This document shows, piece after piece, positions 52,976 through 64,000 of a DNA stretch of 64,000 nt. The DNA lies in NCBI GenBank assembly GCA_951406725.2, contig OX597831.1, forward strand, positions 68,572,001-68,636,000, given 5' to 3'. How positions within the stretch are numbered: position 1 is the first letter of the stretch; each line of letters begins with the position of its first letter. The notes beneath the pieces are model-generated. The model saw only the letters and a program-made list of their open reading frames with translations, was not told the origin of the DNA and did no database searches. This stretch comes from Octopus vulgaris (Eukaryota). The position numbers and the translations under genes are program-made.

Positions 52976-54492
52976 TTTTTTATTCTTGTATAAGAAGAAA
53001 AGTTTGTCAGATTTCAAGAAACATACTGCAGGAAGATTTTTGTAAACTGCATTTTTAAAATCTGAATAGTGGGGCATGTGCAATGCTGTACAGTGTCCCT
53101 TCCCACTTAGTGACAGGGAACCAGCATCTAACACTGCAAGCTAGGCAAATTAAAGGTCATAAGAATGGTGACGATGATGAAGACTTAAAGATTTAATATA
53201 TTTACATGTGTGTGTATTCTTGAGACTGGAGGGAGTGTATATATATAAATGTGTATATGTATTTATGTGTGAGTATATATGTGTGTAGGTGTGTAAGTAT
53301 ATTTATTGCTAAGTCTAATTTTGGCACAAGGCCAGCAATTTTGGAGGGGAGATAAGTTGATTACATTGATCCCAGCACCAGACTGGTACTTATTTTATCG
53401 ACCCTGAAAGAATGAAAAGCAAAGTCAGCCTCGGTGGAATTGGAACTCAGAATGTGCAGATGACTGAAATGTTGCTAAGCATCTTGCCCAGCATGCTAAT
53501 GTTTCTGCCAGCTTGTACACTTTGCCAAATCCAATATTGCTGCTTCCGAACCACCTTGACATGCCCTTATATCCCTTTCACTCATTTTTTTCTGTCACCC
53601 TTACCTGTGTCTCTCAGCCATCTATGATCCATGTTATCCTTTACTATGGAACCCACCTACTTCCTATCCCCTTACTACAGACCTCTTCACCCAACTTCTC
53701 CCGCCAATCTTGAAACAATATAGGATCTTTTGTGTTCAGTGCATTCTACCTCACTCCACCTATATGGCCATTCGTCACCCTGCTCACACTACATGCCATC
53801 ATACTCTTACTTCTTTTCACTCACACACCCTAGCTCATCTTCAGCTATCATTTTACCTCCTGCACCATATCATCTTCTGCAATCATTCTACCCTCTTGGT
53901 CATGTTTGGTCATGTCTTAGAATACTATCACTTCTTCCTTTTATGACTCATCATTATCATTCATGTCTTTATCACTCAATCACTCATGCTACTCTCTCTA
54001 TGAGGAAGTTGGTGAGTAAACAAAGACATAAGGTTCTGAGGTTCTTTTAGTCATATCGAGAATATGACTACCTCTCTAGTGCTGGTGCCATGAAAAAAGT
54101 GCATCCAGTATGCTCTTTGCAGTGAAAGATCATGAGAGTCCTTTAGTTTTGTCAAAGACTTTACACCATTCTAGAGCTGGTGCCACTAAAAAACAACGAG
54201 TACATTTTCTAAAGTGATTGGTGTTGGGAAGGGTATTGTACAAACCAAGCCAAAAAAGGAAACACAGAAGGTGATGTCGTCTAAGCGATCTAAGTGAGTA
54301 GCATTCCTTAATAAGTACTGACTGTAACTGTGGCAACCACATCCAGCATGGAAAGTAGACGAGACAAAGATGACGATGATATATAAATATTCTGCAGGTC
54401 AGGCAGCAGCAAACATGTCAACAAGCTACACATAAGTATTTTCACTTGATTTCTTCTTTTACCTTTTTACATTTTACTTTCTCATTCCTCCT

Positions 54493-54523
<31 letters not shown>

Positions 54524-54639
54524 TGAAAACAGGACTTATTTATACTTTTTGCTACTCTCAGCAGCAAACCAATAATTTTGATTATGAAACTAGTGCAGTT
54601 TTTGTGTTTTGTTCTTTATCTTTAAAATATGTGTGCGTT

Positions 54640-55170
<531 letters not shown>

Positions 55171-55405
55171 TGTTAGAAGGTGAACATTTAATATTCAATG
55201 AGCAGAGGGGAAATCAATTCCTCTGGCAGAGCTTGATGTGATCTTTCTACATTATTTAATGTATTCATATGTGCTCTTTAAGTTTCATGGTGAGGCAATC
55301 TAATAGAATACAAATGAGTTTGCCATCCAATTCATCAGGCAAAACAAACATGACTATTCATGAGCAAACAAGAATGCTAAGCGAGGAGAACAAGAAGGAA
55401 GATAG

Positions 55406-55437
<32 letters not shown>

Positions 55438-56101
55438 AAGGACCATAACTCACTTTTCCTAACCATGTTATATTTCTTAGAATGTCTAAGCATTTCTAGT
55501 GGAGAGTGTTCCTAATTTTGGTAATCAATTTTGTATTTGTGATAGATGCAAAGTTTACTTGATATGAAGGTTAAGTTAATTTGTATAAGCAATTTTTTGT
55601 ATTTAACAGTTATTTAGTATGCAATCCTTCTATTTCTTTTCCTTTTACTACAAAGTGCAAGAGGTGATAAATTTGTGAAGGTCAAATATATGAAAGTCTA
55701 ATGTTGTGAAAGGTGAAGTTTATGAAGGTCTATATTTAACTTGGATTCCTTTGAATGCTATTTTAATAAAATAAGTGAAGCCTAGATATTATAGAGATGT
55801 GTAATGTATCTAAATTTGTAAGTATCAAGTGCATGCCTGCATGAGTCCTGATCTGAGTGAAATTTTCCAATCTGCTTCTTTGAACTTGTCAGTTCACAGA
55901 CACCTATTAAAGTACCTGCCTTTGGTGATTAGATAAATTGATCGGTTGGGTAAGCTTTTCAACCCATCCAGTATGTACACTTTCTCCTCTATGCAAAATT
56001 GCCATTTCCCATTGACATATGATCTAAATCCTTTGAGAATTGTCCTTCTGATACCATAACCAATGTTGTGCTGTCTCAGTTTCTAAATATAGCTGACCAA
56101 T

Positions 56102-56510
56102 AGGCGCAGGAGTGGCTGTGTGGTAAGTAGCTTGTTTACCAACCACATGGTTCTGGGTTCAGTCCCACTGCGTGGCATCTTGGGCAAGTGTCTTCTGCTA
56201 TAGCCTCGGGCCAACCAAAGCCTTGTGAGTGGATTTGGTAGACAGAAACTGAAACAAGCCCGTCGTATATATGTATATATATATGTATATATATGTGTGC
56301 GTGTATCTTTGTGTTCGTCCCCCTAGCATTGCTTGACAACCGATGCTGGTGTGTTTAAGTCCCCATCACTTAGCAGTTCGGCAAAAGAGACTGATAGAAT
56401 AAGTACTGGGCTTACAAAGAATAAGTCCCGGGGTCGAGTTGCTCGATTAAAGGCGGTGCTCCAGCATGGCCACAGTCAAATGACTGAAACAAGTAAAAGA
56501 GTAAAAGAGT
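56102..56510 (+). mobile_element. tRNA-derived SINE family 1, full length
   Basis: A and B boxes, body and (GTAAAAGA)n tail. Confidence 0.93.
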
Positions 56511-56732
56511 AATGTCATTGTAGTCAGAAAGATGCATAGTGATTATAAAATTCTTACTTGCAACTACGTTTTTTCCAAAGGGTTTGGTTGAGGTAACATT
56601 GGCCCCATACATGACCAATTTTACATTTGCATGTCATGTCTAACGCTTATTCTTTCTAACTTTTCCATATGTAGGCATTTTTTTTACTTAATGAATAAGA
56701 TGGCTGGCACATATTTACAGTGCAGTTAGGTT

Positions 56733-56913
56733 ATACATACATACATACATACATACATACATGCATGCATACATACATACATACATACATACATACATAC
56801 ATACATACATACACACACACATACATACATACATACATACATACATACATGCAAGCATGCATGCATACATGCATGCATACATACATACATACACACATGC
56901 ATACATACATACA

Positions 56914-56947
<34 letters not shown>

Positions 56948-57008
56948 CATACATACATACATACATACATACATACATACATACATACATACATACATAC
57001 ATACATAC
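56733..57008. repeat. (TACA)n microsatellite
   Basis: Seen directly. Confidence 0.98.
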
Positions 57009-57024
57009 TTGCATGTCTACAGAC

Positions 57025-57335
57025 AGACATTGTTGTATGGGACCACAAGAAAAAAGCTCTGTTGTGGAAATCAGTTGCCCTCTGAATACCAGTGTGATCA
57101 GAAAAATATAGGAGAAAGCAGACATCTGTGGACCATTGACAAAGGAGTACCCAGGATACATTTTCAGATTCATACCTATTACTTTGGAGCAACAGGATAT
57201 AAACCAACCTACCTGGGGCAAAGCATGGCTGAACTTGGATTTCTTAGGAAGAGAATGCAGCTTCTTAATTCATACACTACAACTGATTATGATATCTGGG
57301 ACAATAAAAATCTGAAAAAATTTTATAAGATTTAA
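57025..57335 (+). mobile_element. Decayed R4/Dong-like RLE C-terminal fragment
   Basis: Pieces DIVVWDHKKK, VVEISCPLNTSVIRKI*EK, YIFRFIPI and FGATGY. Confidence 0.65.
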
Positions 57336-58484
57336 AGGATGATGAACAAAAGATGCTTTCTTTCACAACCTTGCTACCAACCAAGTGGCCAGTCAAAATT
57401 AGCTCTACACTAAGGAGAGAAAAATGACATCTATCCATTCATCCTAACGATTGTGTATTTGGATATATATGTGAATGTGAGTAGAATTTTAATGTATCTG
57501 CACAGAAGACTATAGTGGTCCATCTTGGAAACATTTTAATCAGAAATGATGACTTTTAGTTAAAGTTTTGAAAGTAAGATATTAAAGAAATTTAATGCAA
57601 TTATAGGCAATCATATTAACTGTACAAAATTACAACAGTAGAGAAAGTTACCTCAGTATAAAAAATGATGTGCAATACAGAAAATAACAACAGTATAAAG
57701 AATTACTCAAGTACTGAAAATTTCAACAGCTCATACAATAACATCAATACAATTGGAAAAGAAGAGAAAATTAATCAATACAGAAAATTACATCAGCACA
57801 AAAAGTTACCACAGTAGAGAGAGTAAGAAGAGTAGAAAAAATAAAATCAGTTAAAAGAACAACAAAAATGACATCCGCACATAAAGTTATATGAGTACAG
57901 AAAATGATGTTACTTCAGTACAAAAAGTTAGAACAGTATACAGAATTGCAGCAGTTTAGAACATTATAATAGTACATGCAATTTCAAGAGTATAGAAAAT
58001 TTACATCAATATTGGCAGTTACATTATATGCCATGCATCAGGAATTAAATAAGTTTGTATAAGAATACATTTCCCAGTTTTACTCTAAAATAGACGGTGG
58101 TTACAACTACTTAGTGAGAACATACCAGCATGGAACACTTTTTTTTTTTTTTAACTTCAGAAATATTTCACGGTGTGCTTAAAAATATCTTCTTACATAA
58201 AATTTGTATTGTGAAGGTTTTTCCCACTGCACGTTATTCTTCATAATAAAATATCAGTATTTAATGCTTGGCAGTGGATTTAAAGAGAGATATATGGTGT
58301 GGGGTTGTGAAACGTAGAGGTATATGGGTGAAATGAGTAATGTATAACAAGGAATATCTGAAAAGCAGAGTTTGTTTAAGTACAGAGAAATCACACGAGG
58401 CACAGAAATGGCCATACAATATTTAAATGCTTTGAGTGAGAGCAAATTTATTGATTCAACAAATGACTTTTCTATAAATGGTTC

Positions 58485-58747
58485 TTCCTTCCTTCCTTCC
58501 TTCCTTCCTTCCTTCCTTCCTTCCTTCCTTTCTTTCCTTCCTTTCTTCCTTGTTTCTTATTTCTCCCCTCTCTCTGTTTCTTTCCTTCTTTCTCTCTTTC
58601 TCTCTTTCTTTCCCACTCCTTCCTTCCTTCTTTTCTCTCTTTCTCTCTTTCTTTTTTTCTTTCTTTCTTTCTTTCCCTCTTCTTCCTTCCTTCCTTCTTT
58701 CCTTCTTTCCTTGTTTCTTCTTTCTCCTCCCTCTCTCTCTCTGTTTT

Positions 58748-58778
<31 letters not shown>

Positions 58779-58812
58779 TCCTTTCTTTCCCTCTTCTTCC
58801 TTCCTTCCTTCT
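58485..58812. repeat. Polypyrimidine (TTCC/CT)n tract
   Basis: Seen directly. Confidence 0.95.
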
Positions 58813-59433
58813 TAAATGTTGATTTCCCCCCCCCCACATCCTTGCTGATGTAGTTTAAAACTAGTATATAACATCAAAAAACAGGGCACAAAAAATTAAC
58901 TGTAATGGATATCTCATGTATCTAAGATGTAAAGCATTTGATCTTAAAGAAAAATAAACCCTTCCTACGTAAGGGAATTAGTTTAGGATACACATGATCA
59001 CTTCCACCATTAATTCCTTCCTTAAGAACATTAGTAATGAAAGTGAAATAAAATGGATTTGACTGAGAATCAAAACTGCATTACAAACTTCAATTGTTGA
59101 TATGTTAAGTATTGTTCTCAAAAAATTCAAATCTAAGATTTCCTAACCCTATTGTAAAATAAAGATATTGAACAAACAGGTTATAACTATATATTAAATT
59201 ATGAATGTTATATCTCATTTTGCTCTCTAACTATGATTCATATATGGGTTATGTAAAATATTCATATAATATCAAAATTATTTTAATGGCTCCTTCTCCA
59301 TGTTTGCATACATAAGGCAGAATTTGCCAAGGCAGATTTTGTATTGTTGGCTACCCCTCGGTTGCCAACTCTTACCTGTTTCCAAGCAATGTAATATTTT
59401 CCCATGGCCAAAAATATTTTTATAGAAATAGCT

Positions 59434-59676
59434 GTGATACCAGTGCCAGTGGCACGTAAAAAGCACCATCCGACCGTGGCCATTTGCCAACCCCGTCTGG
59501 CACCTGTGTCGGTGGCACATAAAAAGCACCCACTATACTCACGGAGTGGTTGGCATTAGGAAGGGCATCCAGCCATAGAAACATTGCCAGATCAGACTGG
59601 ACCTGGTGCAGACCCCAGTTGAACCGTCCAACCCATGCCAGCATGGAAAGCGGACGCTAAATGATGATGATGATGA
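59434..59676 (+). mobile_element. 5'-truncated RTE 3'-UTR insertion
   Basis: Two UTR modules, the conserved tail and (GAT)n. Confidence 0.88.
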
Positions 59677-59784
59677 AATAAACTAGAAACAAACATTATT
59701 TGTGTAATGGTGAGACTGATTTACACAAATGATGTTTGTGATGTCTAGACAAGGGTACAAACATGCATAAATACACATACATAT

Positions 59785-60185
59785 ATAACAAGCTTCTTTC
59801 AGTTTCTGTCTGTCAAACCCACACACAAAGCTTTACTCAGCCCAAGGCTATAGTAAAAGATACTTACCCAAGGTGCTGTGCTGTAGGACTGGACCTGGAG
59901 CCACCTAGTTGGAGAGCAAGCTAGTTCAACAGTATTGTAATGTATTACTATGTTTAAAATATGAAATGAAATTCTTTCTTTAGTTCTTTTACTTGTTTCA
60001 GTCATTTGACTGTGACCACGATGGGGCACTGCCATTTAGTCTAAGAAACTGACCCCTGGACTTATTCTTTGTAACCCTGGTACTTATTCTCACATTCTCT
60101 TTTACCGAACCACTAAGTTACAGGAACGTAAACACACCACAATCGGTTGTCAAGCAATGGTGGGGGAACAAACACATACACACAA
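59785..60185 (-). mobile_element. Two partial SINE family 1 copies (5' half 59785-59925; 3' half 59985-60185); another 3' half lies at 61397-61590
   Basis: Homology to the full-length copies. Confidence 0.8.
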
Positions 60186-60201
60186 ATATATATATAATAT
60201 A

Positions 60202-61283
60202 CTAGCAGTATCACCTGGTGTTGCTTGGGTTTGTTTCGACCCTTTAGAATTTAAATTTTTGAAAAGTAAAAATTTTGCATTATGCAGCTTGTTATTCTCT
60301 TCAAGTGAACATTTTTCCAGTTGAAATACACCGAAAAATGGTGACACAGCAGTCAAAAATCGTAAAAAATAGGGATTTTCATAGAAAAAAAGCACCTTTT
60401 TGATGTAAATAAGTTTTGGTGTTAACATGGTCCGATTTGAATTTTATCTTCTACAGAATGAAGAGCGAGCCTTCTTCTATCATACTCTCAATTTTGGTCA
60501 ACTTGCGCTGCAGGGTCTCGAAGGAGATAGTGTTAGTTGAAGGCTACCAAACCTGCCACACACAGACAACTTCAGCTTTATATATAGAGATTTGCTACAC
60601 ACTACTTTCCATCCTTAATAATGAAACTTGGTAGATCCAAAAGTTAAACACACAGACACACAAGTTGAATTTTATATGTATTTAGATTTCTCCACGGGGA
60701 CTTCAGGGGAGAGTTTCAGGGAGTCACTGGCGATGTATCGTGATGATCAAAAATCTGCCCTGCTAAAATTTGGTTAAAGTGATTCAAACTGCAGACTCAA
60801 TGCAAAATGGTCACATTTAATTCAAAGCGTTAAAAATGTTATGAAAATAATTGGTATGTGTTCACAAAGTCCAAACGATTAATACGAAAAAACCCTCCAG
60901 GCTACATCCCGAAAATTCATTTCTTTGCCGAATTTCTACAATGTTTACGGCGATTCATTTTTATATCTTGATTTTTTATTTTTCATGCAATTTACGCATG
61001 CTTGCACGTGTGGTGAACACAGTTCACGTCAAACAGCTGACTGAGTAAAGTTTACTATTCAATGCATGGGATAAGGCCTAAACAAACACATTATTGATTT
61101 TTGCACTTGCGAGATGAATTTTCGAACAGAAATAGTGCAGTTCAATTTTCATTCGCCTAAACTTTAAGTGACCCATTTTTGGTGGTTCTACAATTTGTAG
61201 GCTAGAAGAAAAAGTGCCAGGAAGTTAAACACACACACACAGATACACACACAGACACACAAGTTGAGTTTTATATATATAGA
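60202..61283 (-). mobile_element. Compound non-autonomous Helitron: one 3' CTAG end at 60202 and 5'-type ends at 60590, about 60686 and about 61283
   Basis: 3' end homologous to 52599 but with a different interior; three a|TC(TA)nAAA...ttgtgtgtctg-type starts on the minus strand. Confidence 0.72.
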
Positions 61284-62019
61284 TATATATATATAATATG
61301 TATATATCTATCTATATATATATAGATATACATACACACACATACACTAGCAAAGATATCTGGGATTACTTGAGATTAAAATGGCATAATTTTTTTTTTT
61401 ACTTGTTTTGGTCATGTGATTGTAGCCATGCTGGAGCACCACCTTTACTTGAAGAAATCGACCTCAGGATTTATTCTTTGTAAGCCTAGTACTTATTCTA
61501 GAAGTGTGTTTGGTCAAACGCCTAAGTTATGGAGACGTAAACACGGCAACATCACTTGTCAAGTGATGCAGGGGTACAAATGCAGACACACAAAAATGGG
61601 ACAAGAACGCATAACAACTAGACAGTTAAAGGATACAAAAAAACAAAGACGAGTTATTCGGAGTTTTCTTTTTTTAGTTTAGTTCAGATTATCTTTGCAA
61701 TTTTGGCTGGTTGTACTCGAGATTGCTCCAATCTGGCCAGCCCCAAGGAAAAACTAAACTAAGAGCATTAGGTTCCTTGGAAGAAAGCAGCGAATCTGTA
61801 CCAAAACAGAAGAAATGGTACACAAATACAAATGCAAATAAAGGACATTAGCAACAAGTGACTTTTGACTAAAGAGGAATTAAATTAAGCTGGCATGTGT
61901 GGAAGTGAAGCCTTATGGCGGGGACATAAGAGATGATAAGCATAGGTGGGAATATAGATGTTGCATGGATGGTAGTCAAACCAAGAAAAAAAAAGGTCAG
62001 GCTTGGCCAAACGCTGGTC

Positions 62020-62025
62020 ATATAT

Positions 62026-62108
<83 letters not shown>

Positions 62109-62333
62109 CATATATATGTATATATATATGTATATACACATATATATGTATGTATATATATATATATATACATATATATGTATGTATATATATATATATA
62201 TACATATATATGTATGTATATATATATATACATATATATGTATGTATATACATACATATATATATATATACATATATATGTATGTATATACATACATATA
62301 TATACATATATATTTATATACACGTATATATAC

Positions 62334-62385
<52 letters not shown>
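62020..62385. repeat. (TA)n/(TATG)n microsatellite (another at 63155-63555)
   Basis: Seen directly. Confidence 0.98.
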
Positions 62386-62880
62386 CCACATACCCCAACT
62401 CTCCCTTAACCCTCAGCCTAACCCACACCCCACCCATGCTTTCCCCAATCTCACTTCCCCACCTCCAAACAACATCACAACACACCACCTACACACCATC
62501 ACTGACCAATTCCCATCCCCACATTTTCTCACCTACACATACACACACGCACATGTCAAAACCACCAGCTCTCTTTCACACACGCATACATACTCTCTTA
62601 CACACACATGCACCTTCGTTTTGGGGATCATCTTTACTTTGTTATCTCCCCAAATTCTTCACTCTCCTGTGTGACCCTTCAGTCCGGCAGTCGCTATGAT
62701 AGATTGATAGCCACTACACATATTTTTTTTCTCTCCTTGTTTCTTTCTGTGTTCCTTTCTGTAGAAGAGCGTAGGCTCGAAACATAAAAGACTTTTTCAA
62801 TTCCTGAGCGTTATACTAATACATCTATTTGTTTTCTACACCACCTGTCTTTGTCTTTTGTTTTTTTCGTGAATTCTCCC
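62386..62880 (+). mobile_element. Penelope-like terminal fragment, family A, longer copy with hammerhead-like motif at 62755-62790
   Basis: The last ~190 bp are homologous to 4836-5030; C/A-rich upstream part; (TA)n on both sides. Confidence 0.55.
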
Positions 62881-63156
62881 TATATATGTATATAAACATT
62901 TTTTTTTCAGAATGAAATAAAAAAACCAAGGCTATGAAGATTTTAGAACATTTATAAAAATATTTTAAAATATTCACAGACTTAATTTTTTATTCCATTG
63001 TGAAAAAAAATTTTTCAGATATACACATGCTGATATATGATCTACATTGAACTCCTTATTTGCATAATCACCAAACCTAGAGCTTAACTATGGTCTATAC
63101 ATAGCACTTACTCAGCATTACCTGACACCTTTGTGTCTTATTGACACCATAACCTT

Positions 63157-63239
<83 letters not shown>

Positions 63240-63662
63240 CATATATATACATGTATATACCTATAGATATATATACTTATATATACATATGCATTTATAT
63301 ATATATATACAAATATATATATATACTTATACATCTATACATATACATCTATAAAAATACATCTCTATATTTACTTATATATACATACACATATATATAC
63401 ATATATATACATGCATATATATATACATGAATATATATACACATAAATTTATATATATATATATATGCATATATATATATACACATACATATATATATAT
63501 TCATACATATATACATATATATATATATACATGTATATACATATAGATATATATAGAAATTCAAGGTGAGTACTTGATAATTGTAAGCACCTGTATATAC
63601 CGTTTGGTGGTGTAGGTGGTGGAGTAAATTAATCAAAATAAAAACATGATGCCAAGGATTCA

Positions 63663-63740
63663 GCGGTACATATGTTTCGGGCCTTTATTAGACGGATTTA
63701 TAACAATGCATAATGTGTGTCTATGGCCTTCTTCAGCCGC
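63663..63740 (-). ncRNA. Type I hammerhead ribozyme with palindromic stem III, in an element spanning about 63556 to beyond 64000
   Basis: Minus strand GCGG-CUGAAGA-A-GGCC-a-UAGAC..25 nt..GUCUA-auaaa-GGCC-C-GAA-AC[AUAU]GU-A-CCGC: intact core CUGANGA/GAAA/GUA and stem I GCGG/CCGC. Confidence 0.8.
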
Positions 63741-64000
63741 GCACAACTACTACCTCAAGGACATGTATTACATCAAAAATTCTACGTTGGGGATGCAAAT
63801 CCTCTCATTCGCGTATGACATAATGCGGCAACAGCATAAAAATGAAGCATCCATCTTGTCCTTCTCTCAATGTAGAACGAGGAAGTTTGGATGTTGAGGT
63901 AATATAAATAAATGAATAAATAAATATATACATATATAAATACAGACAGACGTGAAGGAACCTGGTAATAAGAGCAAATAGGGATAAAGATGGAGGGGCG

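Noticed and set aside
57620-58020. Degenerate ~18-20-bp repeat (agtacagaaaat-like)
   Set aside because: Too diverged to define a unit or copy number by eye.
58372-58839. ORFs rich in R/K/E or F/L/S
   Set aside because: These are translations of a polypyrimidine simple repeat.

Overview
AT-rich, repeat-dominated animal DNA, intronic or intergenic in character. The SINE families, RTE LINEs and long (TA)n tracts look like coleoid cephalopod (octopus) DNA, which is an inference from repeat appearance only. No host gene is securely identifiable; there is one weak candidate exon. The window holds two young LINEs, each broken by a single 1-bp frameshift: an RTE-clade element at 1-3211 with a C4HC3 PHD finger just C-terminal to the YADD motif, and a CR1-like element at 38226-40975. 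It also holds decayed RTE, R4/Dong-like, hAT (two types), mariner and Helitron coding remnants, non-autonomous Helitrons with stacked 5' ends, two piggyBac-type MITEs, at least four tRNA-SINE families, and 38, 55 and 61-bp tandem arrays. The most interesting signal is a set of minimal type I hammerhead ribozyme (HHR) motifs in at least three unrelated short elements (63663-63740 minus; 25424-25461 plus; 4903-4938 and 62755-62790 plus). Each lies about 90-105 nt upstream of an element end abutting a (TA)n tract, consistent with Penelope-like or retrozyme termini. All coordinates were read by eye, and boundaries of decayed elements are approximate.
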